Shown here one piece after another: positions 9,806 through 18,636 of a DNA stretch of 32,000 nucleotides. The position numbers were made by a program, and so were the translations under genes. The notes under the pieces are model-generated. The model saw nothing but the letters and a program-made list of their open reading frames with translations, was not told the origin of the DNA and made no database searches. This stretch comes from Nitrosospira multiformis ATCC 25196. GTDB lineage: Bacteria > Pseudomonadota > Gammaproteobacteria > Burkholderiales > Nitrosomonadaceae. The DNA lies in NCBI RefSeq assembly GCF_000196355.1, contig NC_007614.1, positions 210,001 to 242,000 on the forward strand, given 5' to 3'. Each line of letters starts with the position of its first letter. The stretch's first letter is position 1.

Positions 9806-10633
9806 ATGGCCATTTACGCAGTCGGTGACTTGCAAGGTTGCTATCGCGAGTTCCGGGAACTCCTCGACCTGGTTCGTTTCGACGAGACGAAAGACAAGCT
9901 GTGGCTGGTGGGAGACCTGGTCAACCGGGGACCGGACTCGCTCTCGGTATTGCGCTTCGTAAAAGAGTTGAACGACTCTGCAATAATGGTACTGGGCAAT
10001 CATGATCTGCATCTGCTCCTGGTTGCGGAAGGGTGCGCGGAGCTAAGCCGGAGCGATACCTTGCAGAACATCCTCGATGCACCCGATCGGGATGAATTGC
10101 TCGATTGGCTGCGGCGACAGAAGCTGTTGCATGTGGACGGAAACTACGTCATGGTGCACGCCGGCCTGTTGCCTTCCTGGAGTATCGAACAGGCGCAAGT
10201 GCTTGCTGCGCTGGTAGAGAGCGCCTTACGGGGAAGCGAATTCCATGAATTCTGCCGTCAGATGTACGGGAACCGGCCGGACCACTGGAATGAAACCCTC
10301 CACGGATATGAACGCCTGCGTGTAATCGTCAATGCCATGACGCGGATGCGCGTGTGCACTCCCCATGGAAGAATGGATTTTGCCCACAAGGGTTCGGTCA
10401 AGGACATTCCTCCCGGCTATTTGCCCTGGTTCGACGTGCCGGAGCGAGCCAGCCGGAAGGCAACCGTCATCTGCGGTCATTGGTCAGCTCTGGGTCTAGA
10501 GATCAGGGCCAATCTGATGGCGCTCGATACCGGGTGCTTATGGGGAGGCAGTCTTACGGCTGTTCGTCTGGAGGATCGGAAGGTTTTCCAGACGGAGTGT
10601 GGGGCAGGGGGAGCGACAAGGCATTGGCAATAG
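9806..10633 (+). CDS. apaH: Bis(5'-nucleosyl)-tetraphosphatase, symmetrical (Ap4A hydrolase)
   Basis: The protein is collinear with E. coli ApaH as I recall it (MAIYAVGDLQGC, GDLVNRGPDS, GNHDLHLL, VHAGL, CGHW, GCLWGGSLTAVRLED). Confidence 0.9.
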   Translation: MAIYAVGDLQGCYREFRELLDLVRFDETKDKLWLVGDLVNRGPDSLSVLRFVKELNDSAIMVLGNHDLHLLLVAEGCAELSRSDTLQNILDAPDRDELLDWLRRQKLLHVDGNYVMVHAGLLPSWSIEQAQVLAALVESALRGSEFHEFCRQMYGNRPDHWNETLHGYERLRVIVNAMTRMRVCTPHGRMDFAHKGSVKDIPPGYLPWFDVPERASRKATVICGHWSALGLEIRANLMALDTGCLWGGSLTAVRLEDRKVFQTECGAGGATRHWQ

Positions 10634-11369
10634 CGTGCTCCGCGCTTCTTGCAAGCTCGCGGCGATTTTTCCCATGACTATCGATCGCCTCCGTAAAGAC
10701 GAGTTCGACATCGATATGTGGCTGGCTCAATACTTGTCTTACCGATTCAAGTAATGAGATACGAAAGTATGCCGCAGCCTTGCTGATGTTACCCGCCGTG
10801 TCGGTGTAGCGGATTGCCACCGGATGCAGCATCGCCGACACGGTCACGGCGGGTTGCAGCAACGAGGCATGGAAATGATGGAGTACGGTGCCATCGCTGG
10901 TACCGCCCTCGGGAAATACCGCTACCCGGTCGCCGTTGTTGAGCGCCTCTGAAATGTGGTCGTTTATTCTGGCCGTGTCTCTGCGCTTCGTGCGCTCGAT
11001 GAACAAGGTGCCCACATTATTGCTCAGCCAACCAAACAGGGGCCAGCCCCGGATTTCAGATTTTGCGACAAACCGGGCGGGGCATACGCTGATAATCGAA
11101 TACACGTCCAGCCAGGATACATGATTAGCCGCCAGCATTACGCGCTGGGTTCCCGCGGCAGGCAATATTCCTTGATGGCGCACCCTGACTCCCAGAATTG
11201 AAAGAAGCCGCACTGACCATTTTTGCGCCATGCGTCTCTGGGTCCTTTGACCGACATGCGGATAGATCGCGGATTGAATCAATCCGGAAGCGATGTGAAG
11301 CAGAAGACGAGTCCAGCGTACTGCTCTTGTCAGCGGGCTGGCGGTGAGACTGGTTGTAACGTTGGGCAT
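10554..11369 (-). CDS. Lysophospholipid (1-acyl-sn-glycerol-3-phosphate) acyltransferase family protein
   Basis: It carries the HX4D acyltransferase motif NHVSWLD, the second block FPEGGTS and an N-terminal hydrophobic anchor. The 3' end overlaps the apaH 3' end. Confidence 0.75.
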   Translation of the reverse strand: MPNVTTSLTASPLTRAVRWTRLLLHIASGLIQSAIYPHVGQRTQRRMAQKWSVRLLSILGVRVRHQGILPAAGTQRVMLAANHVSWLDVYSIISVCPARFVAKSEIRGWPLFGWLSNNVGTLFIERTKRRDTARINDHISEALNNGDRVAVFPEGGTSDGTVLHHFHASLLQPAVTVSAMLHPVAIRYTDTAGNISKAAAYFRISLLESVRQVLSQPHIDVELVFTEAIDSHGKNRRELARSAEHAIANALSLPLPHTPSGKPSDPPDEQP

Positions 11370-11480
11370 GCCGTAATATTAGCGCATTCCGGACGCGGGA
11401 ATCGATGCAACCGGAAGCTGAAATTCACATCCTGCCTGATGCTGAAGGTCATCTAAGGGGTGCCTGATTGATAACGGGGC

Positions 11481-11939
11481 CTAATGGGTAACGCGCGAGA
11501 CTCCGCCACCCGATAAAATCCTTACCCGGTCGCCGGGCCTGAATTCTTCATCGGCCGCCTGCGTGATGGCAACAAGGGAACCGTTGTCGAGTCTCACCGT
11601 AATTTCAACGCCCTTCCGGCCGGTTACACCTTCCTCTGCCACCTGGCCGAGCAGACCTCCGCCCACTGCTCCGGCAAGGGCTCCCAGGGCGCCGAGCCAC
11701 CCATGGGCAATCTGAGCGCCACCGATTCCACCGGCGACCCCCCCTGCTACTGTCCCGATACCACTGCGCGTGCCTTCCAGTCTTACTTCACGCACGCTTT
11801 CGATCACCCCCGTTCGCACGCTCTGCTCCTGCCGCGCCTCGCCGCGAGCATAGTCGCCCCCCCCTTGTCCTGCTACGCAGCCGTTCAAAAGCAGCGCACC
11901 TGAGCAGAGGAAGGTTATGGCTAGAATGTGCTGTTTCAT
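11481..11939 (-). CDS. slyB: Glycine-zipper outer-membrane lipoprotein (SlyB / 17-kDa surface antigen family)
   Basis: It has the lipobox LLLNGC and a Gly-zipper (GTVAGGVAGGIGGAQIAHGWLGALGALAGAVGGGLLG). The tail (GVEITVRLDNGSLVAITQ...RFxPGDRV) is collinear with E. coli SlyB. SD GAGAGGG lies upstream. Confidence 0.7.
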   Translation of the reverse strand: MKQHILAITFLCSGALLLNGCVAGQGGGDYARGEARQEQSVRTGVIESVREVRLEGTRSGIGTVAGGVAGGIGGAQIAHGWLGALGALAGAVGGGLLGQVAEEGVTGRKGVEITVRLDNGSLVAITQAADEEFRPGDRVRILSGGGVSRVTH

Positions 11940-11951
11940 TGCCCTCTCATT

Positions 11952-12887
11952 CTATAGAATGCGGTTTCCGAAAACCTCATAGTAGCGCTGGTCGATCTCA
12001 TCCCGGCTGAAGCGGTGGTTCTGTCCACCACGCTGGCCGATTTTCAGTGCCCCCATGAGCGAACCGAGGCGTCCGGCGCTTTGCCAATCCATTCCCTTGG
12101 CAATTCCATAAAGCAAGCCTGCCCGATATGCATCGCCACACCCCGTGGGATCAGCCACCCTGTCCGGCTTAACGCACGGAATCTCGATCTGTTGACCATC
12201 CGCATAAACCGTCGATCCTTGTGCCCCCTTTGTGACAATCAATCCCTTTACAAGTTTCGCCAGCGCCTCCAGCGTAAGACCGGTTCGTTCCTGCAGCAAC
12301 TGCGCCTCATAATCGTTGGCGGCGACATAGTCCGCCTTGCGGATGAAATCGAGCAACTCTTCGCCATTGAACATGGGCAGCCCCTGGCCCGGGTCGAACA
12401 TGAAGGGAATACCTGCTTCATGAAATTCGCGCGCATGCTGCAACATGCCGTCGCGCCCATCGGGCGCTACAATGCCGAGGCTCACGTTTTCCGCAGCAGC
12501 GATGTGATTTTCATGCGAACTGTTCATTGCTCCCGGATGAAAAGCGGTTATCTGGTTGTCGGCCAGATCCGTAGTGATGAACGCCTGGGCAGTGAACGAG
12601 CCTTGGATGTGCCGTATATGTGTTTGCACCAGATTCAGATCTGAAAGGCGTTTCGCATATGGCTCATAGTCATCCCCCACCGTCGCCATAATGAGGGGGG
12701 AGCCTCCCATCATCTGTAAATTGTAGGCAATATTGCCGGCACAGCCGCCAAATTCCCTGCGCATATCCGGTACCAGGAAAGCAACGTTCAGTATGTGAAT
12801 TTTCTCCGGCAGGATATGGTTCCTGAAATGATCGCCGAAAACCATAATGGTGTCATAGGCGATGGAGCCGCAAATGAGTGTATGCAT
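11952..12887 (-). CDS. PfkB-family carbohydrate/nucleoside kinase (substrate not assignable)
   Basis: It shows a ribokinase-like fold pattern, with an N-terminal GSIAYD and the C-terminal catalytic block DPTGCGDAYRAGLLYG (the DTxGAGD-type motif). Confidence 0.75.
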   Translation of the reverse strand: MHTLICGSIAYDTIMVFGDHFRNHILPEKIHILNVAFLVPDMRREFGGCAGNIAYNLQMMGGSPLIMATVGDDYEPYAKRLSDLNLVQTHIRHIQGSFTAQAFITTDLADNQITAFHPGAMNSSHENHIAAAENVSLGIVAPDGRDGMLQHAREFHEAGIPFMFDPGQGLPMFNGEELLDFIRKADYVAANDYEAQLLQERTGLTLEALAKLVKGLIVTKGAQGSTVYADGQQIEIPCVKPDRVADPTGCGDAYRAGLLYGIAKGMDWQSAGRLGSLMGALKIGQRGGQNHRFSRDEIDQRYYEVFGNRIL

Positions 12888-12913
12888 GGGAGGCGCCCGG
12901 AAAGTCTGAATCG

Positions 12914-14416
12914 TTAAGCTACGCTTACGGTTGGGATCGGGGTGAGGGTTTCAGTCCTGGTTATGTTGCGCGTGGGTGCTTTCCAGGCCAGATCCAGCTC
13001 GCGTGCGGCCTTTACGTCATCCAGCCGGCGGACGGGCGTGGTATGAGGCGCGCTTTTCACCAGGTCCGGCTGCGTACGGGTTTCCTCCAGGATTTCCTTC
13101 ATTGCTGTTACGAAGGCGTCCAGCGTCTCCTTTGATTCGGTTTCAGCGGGTTCAATCAGCAGGCATTCCGGCACGAGGAGCGGAAAATAGGTCGTTGGAG
13201 CATGGTAACCCTTATCCAGCAGACGCTTGGCGAGATTCATCGCGGTGACGCCAGTTTTTTCCTTCAGGTCCTTCAGGGTAACGATAAATTCATGACTGGC
13301 CCTGCGGTTGGGATAGGCGATCTCGAAACCCGCCTTTCGCAGTTCAGCCATCAGGTAGTTGGCGTTAAGCGCCGCAAACTCGGCCACTCGATGCATGCCT
13401 TCCGCCCCCAGCAGACGCACGTACACATAGGCGCGCAACAGAACGCCTGCGTTACCCATGTGCGCCGAAAGCCTTCCGATCGATTGCGGTATATCCTTCT
13501 CCGTCTGCCAGCGATAGGTTCCGTTTTCAAATGCCACTATAGGTACAGGCATAAACGGCAACAGCCTCGGTGCGACGCCCACCGGGGCCGAGCCCGGGCC
13601 TCCACCGCCGTGCGGAGTGGAAAACGTCTTGTGAAGATTGATGTGAATGACGTCAAAGCCCATGTCGCCTGGCTTGACCTTACCAAGTATGGCGTTCAGG
13701 TTTGCGCCATCGTAATAGAGCAATCCGCCTGCCTGGTGGACAATCCTGCTCATCTCGGCGACGTTCTCTTCAAATACACCGAGCGTGGAAGGATTGGTCA
13801 GCATCAGCCCAGCCGTTTTCGGGCCGACCGCGGCTTTCAGGGCAGCCATGTCCACATTACCTTCCTTGTCGGTGGCGATCTCGACGACTTTGTAGCCGCA
13901 CATGACCGCTGTAGCAGGGTTGGTGCCATGCGCCGCATCGGGAACGATGATTTCGGTTCGGGCCGTGTCCCCCCGCGACTCGTGATAGGCGCGTATCATT
14001 GCGATGCCGATCAGCTCGCCCTGTGCTCCCGCCATGGGCGTAAGGCTTACCCCGGCCATACCGGTTACATCTTTCAGAATTTCCTGCAGCTCGTACATGC
14101 ACGCAAGAAATCCCTGGCCGGTGCTTTCCGGCGATCTGGGATGGCGCGCCAGAAACTGGGGCAGCATCGCGAGGGAGTTGCACGCCCTTGGGTTGTACTT
14201 CATCGTGCAGGAACCCAACGGATAAAAATGCGTGTCTATCGAAAAATTCTTTTGCGACAGCCGGGTGTAGTGGCGCACTGCGTCCATCTCCGACACTTCA
14301 GGCAGCAGCGGCAGGGTCTTGCGCAACAGCTTCTCCGGAATATCCGTTGCTTCCGCAGCTTTCGGAGATTGGGAATAATTGCGCCGGCCAGGGCGAGAAT
14401 GTTCAAATATCAGCAT
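12914..14416 (-). CDS. gcvPB: Glycine dehydrogenase (decarboxylating) subunit 2, P-protein C-terminal half
   Basis: The 500-aa protein has the PLP-lysine context ([16 protein letters not shown]). Its typical N-terminus ([10 protein letters not shown]) resembles split P-proteins. It sits in the gcv gene cluster. Confidence 0.92.
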   Translation of the reverse strand: MLIFEHSRPGRRNYSQSPKAAEATDIPEKLLRKTLPLLPEVSEMDAVRHYTRLSQKNFSIDTHFYPLGSCTMKYNPRACNSLAMLPQFLARHPRSPESTGQGFLACMYELQEILKDVTGMAGVSLTPMAGAQGELIGIAMIRAYHESRGDTARTEIIVPDAAHGTNPATAVMCGYKVVEIATDKEGNVDMAALKAAVGPKTAGLMLTNPSTLGVFEENVAEMSRIVHQAGGLLYYDGANLNAILGKVKPGDMGFDVIHINLHKTFSTPHGGGGPGSAPVGVAPRLLPFMPVPIVAFENGTYRWQTEKDIPQSIGRLSAHMGNAGVLLRAYVYVRLLGAEGMHRVAEFAALNANYLMAELRKAGFEIAYPNRRASHEFIVTLKDLKEKTGVTAMNLAKRLLDKGYHAPTTYFPLLVPECLLIEPAETESKETLDAFVTAMKEILEETRTQPDLVKSAPHTTPVRRLDDVKAARELDLAWKAPTRNITRTETLTPIPTVSVA

Positions 14417-14578
14417 GGGTTCAATCCGGTGTTTGCTAAGTGAATGTGTTGAAAGATATTGACAGGCAGGAGTCCGACTTCCTCTGCCTCAGAGCCGCGA
14501 GTAGGAGGGCGCGTATTCCGCAGGCGCCGGATACCCCCTCATCGACCAAAGGCGATGCATTCCACATGTCGGTCCTGT

Positions 14579-15076
14579 TCAGGATTCCAGTGCCTTCAGC
14601 GCCGCCTCATAATCCGGCTCTTCCTTGATTTCCGGGACAAGTTGCGCATGGGTGACCTTGTCGTTTTCATCCAGGACCACGACAGCCCGGGCCGTGATCC
14701 CCGCAAGAGGACTGTCCGTAATCGCCACCCCGTAGTTTTTCATGAATTCCGCCCCGCGCATCGTGGAAAGCGGTACCACCTTGTCGAGTCCTTCCATGTC
14801 GCAAAAGCGGCTCATTGCGAAGGGCAGATCGGCAGCAATGATCAACACCACCGTGTTTTCCATATTGCTGGCCTGCTCGTTGAACTTGCGGGTGGACATG
14901 GCGCAGACCGGGGTATCAAGGCTGGGAACAATGTTGAGCACTTTTTTCTTGCCCGCAAAATCGGCCAGGGTGACATCTTTCAAATCCCTGTTTACCAGAG
15001 AGAAATCGGGTGCCTTGTCGCCTACCTTGGGGAAGGTGCCTTCAACTTTGATGGGATTGCCGGCTAGGGTAACCAT
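14579..15076 (-). CDS. tpx: Thiol peroxidase (atypical 2-Cys peroxiredoxin Tpx)
   Basis: It is collinear with E. coli Tpx throughout. The peroxidatic Cys lies in PSLDTPVC and the resolving Cys in SRFC. Confidence 0.9.
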   Translation of the reverse strand: MVTLAGNPIKVEGTFPKVGDKAPDFSLVNRDLKDVTLADFAGKKKVLNIVPSLDTPVCAMSTRKFNEQASNMENTVVLIIAADLPFAMSRFCDMEGLDKVVPLSTMRGAEFMKNYGVAITDSPLAGITARAVVVLDENDKVTHAQLVPEIKEEPDYEAALKALES

Positions 15077-15132
15077 ACTGTTTCTCCTTTAAGATGTGGG
15101 ATGGCTGCTAAACGTCCAATGCGATATCGGTG

Positions 15133-16491
15133 CTATGAATTCCTGATGACTTCGCCCAGTTGCGTGACATAATTTTCCATGTCCCCGGACGTTTTCGTTT
15201 CGGTTGCGCACACCAGCACGGCATCTCCAAGTTCCGGATAGTACTCCTTGAGATTGAGTCCACCCAATATCCGTCGGGCTTCGAGTGCCTGCAATACACT
15301 GGCAGAGGGACGAGGCAGGGAGATAACCGCTTCATGGAACACGGGCCCGCTGAATACTCTTTTCACGCCCTTCAGCTTTTCCAGTTTTTCCAGTAATGCT
15401 GCCGTATTTGCATGCGACTGGGCAGCAGTCCGGCGCAAGCCTTCCGGGCCCAGCAAGGCCAGGTAGATGGTTGCGGCCGTAACCATGAGTCCCTGATTGG
15501 TACAAATATTGGAGGTGGCCTTGGATCGCCGGATGTGCTGTTCCCGCGCCTGGAGCGTAAGAACGAAGCCATCGCTACCTTCCTGATCCGTCGTGCGACC
15601 GATAATGCGGCCGGGCATCTGGCGCACCAGGGGCTGTTTGCAGGCCATAAAACCGAAATACGGTCCTCCACTGGACAAGGGAATGCCCAATGGCTGCCCT
15701 TCACCGACGGCAATGTCTGCCCCTTTCTCGCCCCACTCGCCGGGTGGAGTCAGCATTGCCAGTGCCATGGGATTCACGACGGCGATGGCAAAAGCATCTC
15801 TGCTCTGAGCCCAGTCGGTCAGCGTATCGACATCCTCAAGCACGCCGAAAAAGTTCGGCTGGGGAATCACGAGCGCTGCGAATTCTTCGCTGCCAAAGTT
15901 TTTCAGCCCGTCCAGCGAAGTCTGCCCGGAAAGTTTGTCGTAGGGAACCTCCACCACCTCAATTCCCTGGTTTTTGACAATGGCGCGTACCACACTGCGA
16001 TAGACGGGATGCACGGTCTGCGGGATCAAAATCCGGCGCGAGGTCCGATGCGAACGCACCGCCATCAGGGCGGCTTCCGCCAGGGCCGAGGCACCGTCGT
16101 ACATGCTGGCGTTGGAAACATCCATTCCCGTCAGCGACGCCATCATGGTCTGGTACTCATAGAGCAATTGCAGGGTGCCCTGGCTGGCCTCCGCCTGATA
16201 AGGCGTATAGGAGGAGTAGAATTCCCCCCGCGTGGCAATCTGCCAGACAGCCGCCGGAATATGGTGCTCATAAGCACCCGCACCGATGAAATTCAGGTAG
16301 CGTCCATCCTGCTCGGCGCGCTCCAGCATCAAACGCGATATTTCCATTTCGCTCAAGCCGGGCGGCACCCGCTTCAGGCTTCCGGTCTTCAGCGCGGGTG
16401 GAATTTCATCGAACAGCTCATCAATGCTGTTTGCGCCAATGCTCGCGAGCATGGCTTGTATATCTTCTTCAGTATGTGGAATGAACGGCAT
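15133..16491 (-). CDS. gcvPA: Glycine dehydrogenase (decarboxylating) subunit 1, P-protein N-terminal half
   Basis: The 452-aa protein has the typical GcvPA N-terminus ([19 protein letters not shown]) and lies downstream of gcvH. Confidence 0.92.
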   Translation of the reverse strand: MPFIPHTEEDIQAMLASIGANSIDELFDEIPPALKTGSLKRVPPGLSEMEISRLMLERAEQDGRYLNFIGAGAYEHHIPAAVWQIATRGEFYSSYTPYQAEASQGTLQLLYEYQTMMASLTGMDVSNASMYDGASALAEAALMAVRSHRTSRRILIPQTVHPVYRSVVRAIVKNQGIEVVEVPYDKLSGQTSLDGLKNFGSEEFAALVIPQPNFFGVLEDVDTLTDWAQSRDAFAIAVVNPMALAMLTPPGEWGEKGADIAVGEGQPLGIPLSSGGPYFGFMACKQPLVRQMPGRIIGRTTDQEGSDGFVLTLQAREQHIRRSKATSNICTNQGLMVTAATIYLALLGPEGLRRTAAQSHANTAALLEKLEKLKGVKRVFSGPVFHEAVISLPRPSASVLQALEARRILGGLNLKEYYPELGDAVLVCATETKTSGDMENYVTQLGEVIRNS

Positions 16492-16581
16492 GATTTGTTC
16501 CGTGAATCATCGGTGAGGCGTAAAAGGCAGGGAAATGACAGCGGGAGCAAGGCCCCGTTCCATTTCCCTCAAGTGATTTGA

Positions 16582-16971
16582 TTAATGGTCTTCGCTTTCG
16601 AGCAGTTTCTGGTATCCGGCAGAATCGAGCAATTTTTCCAGATCAGCGGTGTTTGCCGGTTTCAGTCTGAAAAGCCAGGCCGCATACGCGTCCTGGTTGA
16701 TTTTTTCCGGAGCGGAGGCGAGTTCCGGATTAGCGGCGGTGACTTCTCCCGTAATCGGCGCGTAAACATCGGCTGCCGCCTTTACCGATTCAACTACGGC
16801 ACATTCATCCCCTTGCTTGAGCTGGCGGCCCACTGCGGGGGTTTCAACGAATACCATGTCCCCGAGCAACTCCTGAGCATGCTGGGTAATACCGATAGTT
16901 GCCGTGCCGTCATCTTCGAGACGCACCCATTCATGGGATTTCGTGTATTTCAGATCATTCGGAATACTCAT
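16582..16971 (-). CDS. gcvH: Glycine cleavage system H protein (lipoyl carrier)
   Basis: The 129-aa protein begins [10 protein letters not shown] and has the lipoyl-lysine motif VESVKAA. Confidence 0.93.
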   Translation of the reverse strand: MSIPNDLKYTKSHEWVRLEDDGTATIGITQHAQELLGDMVFVETPAVGRQLKQGDECAVVESVKAAADVYAPITGEVTAANPELASAPEKINQDAYAAWLFRLKPANTADLEKLLDSAGYQKLLESEDH

Positions 16972-17012
16972 GTCTTTGCTCCAGAATTAAATGATAGTGC
17001 TTTGCCGTTTCA

Positions 17013-18095
17013 TCAAACGAGAATCTTGCCATTGCGGACGAAAGGATATTTCACGACCTTCGCTTTCAGCCGTTTATCCCGAACAACGACCTGAACTTCG
17101 TCTCCGGGAGAGACGTCCAGAGGCAGGCGCGCCAGAGCAATAGACTGATTGAGTGTGGGCGAGAAGCCTCCGCTGGTAATTTCACCCTCGCCCCCGTCGT
17201 TTTGTGTAACCACCTTCTGATGGCTGCGCAATACTCCGCGATCCAACAACACCAGCCCAGTCAGTTGCTGGGTGACGGGCCTGTCCAGAAGCGCCTGCTT
17301 CCCGATGAAGTCGCGATCGCTCTTCAAATCCACCGTCCAGCCCAGCCCCGCTTCCAGGGGGTTGATGGTTTCATCCATATCCTGCCCGTAAAGGTTCATG
17401 CCCGCTTCGAGCCGGAGCGTATCTCTTGCCCCCAAGCCGGCGGGGGCCACTCCCGCGGCGTGAAGTTTATTCCAGAAATTCGTGGCATCGGCTGCGGGAA
17501 GCGTAATCTCGAAACCGTCTTCTCCGGTGTAACCTGTGCGGGCGATAAAGTACTTGTCAAAAAAGGCTGCCTGGAACAGCTTCAGATTCTCCGTGTCCGT
17601 CTGAGAGCCCGGAAGTACCTGCCACACCTTGGCGCGGGCGTTGGGGCCTTGCACTGCGATCATCGCTAGATCCCTGCGGGGCGTGATTTCAAGACCGGGG
17701 GCAATACGGTCGCGTTGCGAAAGCATCCATGCCATATCCTTATCGGCGGTCCCTGCATTGACCACCATCCGGAAATGCGATTCCGTCAGAAAATAGATGA
17801 TAAGATCATCTATTACTCCGCCGTCGGGGTTGAGCATGCAGGAGTAAAGCGCCTTGCCTAGCTGCGTCAGTTTGTCTATATTGTTGGCAACCAGTTGCCG
17901 CAGGAACGCGCGCGCGCTCTCTCCCTCGATGTCGACGGCGAGCATATGGGACACATCGAACATGCCCGCATCGCTGCGCACCTTGTGGTGCTCATCAAGC
18001 TGCGAACCGTAATGCAGGGGCATGTCCCAGCCGCCAAAATCCACCATCTTGGCGTTCATATCGCGGTGGGTTTGATTTAGAGGAGTTGTTTTCAC
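17013..18095 (-). CDS. gcvT: Glycine cleavage system T protein (aminomethyltransferase)
   Basis: It aligns with E. coli GcvT from (M)[28 protein letters not shown] place the start at GTG 18095. The track's TTG start at 18110 would overlap the U-tract of the riboswitch terminator (18109-18116). Confidence 0.9.
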   Translation of the reverse strand: MKTTPLNQTHRDMNAKMVDFGGWDMPLHYGSQLDEHHKVRSDAGMFDVSHMLAVDIEGESARAFLRQLVANNIDKLTQLGKALYSCMLNPDGGVIDDLIIYFLTESHFRMVVNAGTADKDMAWMLSQRDRIAPGLEITPRRDLAMIAVQGPNARAKVWQVLPGSQTDTENLKLFQAAFFDKYFIARTGYTGEDGFEITLPAADATNFWNKLHAAGVAPAGLGARDTLRLEAGMNLYGQDMDETINPLEAGLGWTVDLKSDRDFIGKQALLDRPVTQQLTGLVLLDRGVLRSHQKVVTQNDGGEGEITSGGFSPTLNQSIALARLPLDVSPGDEVQVVVRDKRLKAKVVKYPFVRNGKILV

Positions 18096-18108
18096 AGATC
18101 GATATCCC

Positions 18109-18143
18109 AAAAAAAAGGTGAGGTCATGCCTGATGACCTCACC
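18109..18143 (-). terminator. Intrinsic terminator forming the expression platform of the glycine riboswitch
   Basis: The minus-strand sequence is GGTGAGGTCAT-CAGGC-ATGACCTCACC, an 11-bp perfect stem followed by TTTTTTTT. It lies between aptamer 2 and the gcvT start. Confidence 0.75.
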
Positions 18144-18342
18144 CCTCTGTCCTTTTTACCTGAGAGATTACGGGCAGGATTTTCCCTGCTCCGTCTGCCC
18201 CTTCGGTGGCCAGCCCAATGCCGGCACTCTCCAGATTGCCTTTTCGCAAGCGGTTATCAGGGATCAAGATCGACATGATCTGCGCCTGAGCGATTCCGGG
18301 GGGTTGCGCCTTCGGCGGCGATGATGAGTTCGCGCTCTTCCG
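18144..18342 (-). promoter_or_regulatory. Tandem glycine riboswitch (two aptamers) controlling the gcvT operon
   Basis: Aptamer 1 on the minus strand reads GGAAGAGCGCG...CGCCGCCGAAGGCGCAACC...CGCTCAGGCGCAG. Aptamer 2 reads CTGGAGAGTGCCGG...GCCACCGAAGGGGCAGAC...CTCTCAGGTAAAAAGGACAGAG. These match the conserved GGAGAG / CACCGAAGGGGCAA / CTCAGG..AAGGAC cores of the gcvT motif. Confidence 0.88.
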
Positions 18343-18367
18343 CTTGGATATAAATGGCGAAATTCGA

Positions 18368-18397
18368 ACTATACCCTAGCATGCGGGATCAATACAA
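18368..18397 (-). promoter_or_regulatory. Candidate sigma70 promoter for the riboswitch-gcv operon
   Basis: On the minus strand the motif is TTGTAT (18397-18392), an 18-nt spacer, then TATAGT (18373-18368). It lies about 25 nt upstream of the first aptamer. Confidence 0.3.
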
Positions 18398-18406
18398 GGT
18401 TTAAAG

Positions 18407-18428
18407 CTCCTTTGGAACTCCTTTAGAA
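18407..18428. repeat. Tandem 11-bp direct repeat (CTCCTTTGGAA / CTCCTTTAGAA)
   Basis: There are two adjacent copies, 10/11 identical, at 18407-18417 and 18418-18428. AGCTCC recurs at 18405 and 18433. Confidence 0.9.
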
Positions 18429-18456
18429 GATAAGCTCCCGGATGTCCCCCCGTTCC

Positions 18457-18498
18457 GTTTTGTATAGATGGTTTTGTATAGATGGTTTTGTATAGATG
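18457..18498. repeat. Perfect 3 x 14-bp tandem repeat (GTTTTGTATAGATG)
   Basis: The copies are at 18457-18470, 18471-18484 and 18485-18498. They lie in the divergent intergenic region between the gcv operon and the exeA-like gene. Confidence 0.95.
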
Positions 18499-18567
18499 GG
18501 ATATAAGGTTCATCGAGGAATTTTATGTTCCATAGTGTATCTTATTCAGAATTCCTGATTAGAGTTC

Positions 18568-18596
18568 TTGACAGCTGCCAAGCGGCCCTAATACTA
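18568..18596 (+). promoter_or_regulatory. Candidate promoter for the exeA-like gene
   Basis: A perfect -35 TTGACA sits at 18568-18573. Only weak -10 options (TAATAC/ATACTA) occur at 15-17 nt spacing. The gene's ATG is at 18637, with GAGG upstream. Confidence 0.25.
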
Positions 18597-18636
18597 CGGA
18601 ACACACCCTCCAGGCGGATCGGACAACGAGGCGGCA

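Noticed and set aside
18096-18110. A TTG start at 18110 for gcvT, as given by the ORF track.
   Set aside because: It would place the start codon inside the U-tract of the riboswitch terminator. Homology with GcvT begins at KTTPL, which fits the GTG at 18095.
18457-18498. The 14-bp repeats, considered as a miniature CRISPR array.
   Set aside because: The copies are directly abutting with no spacers, the unit is too short, and no cas genes or leader are present. This is a plain tandem repeat.
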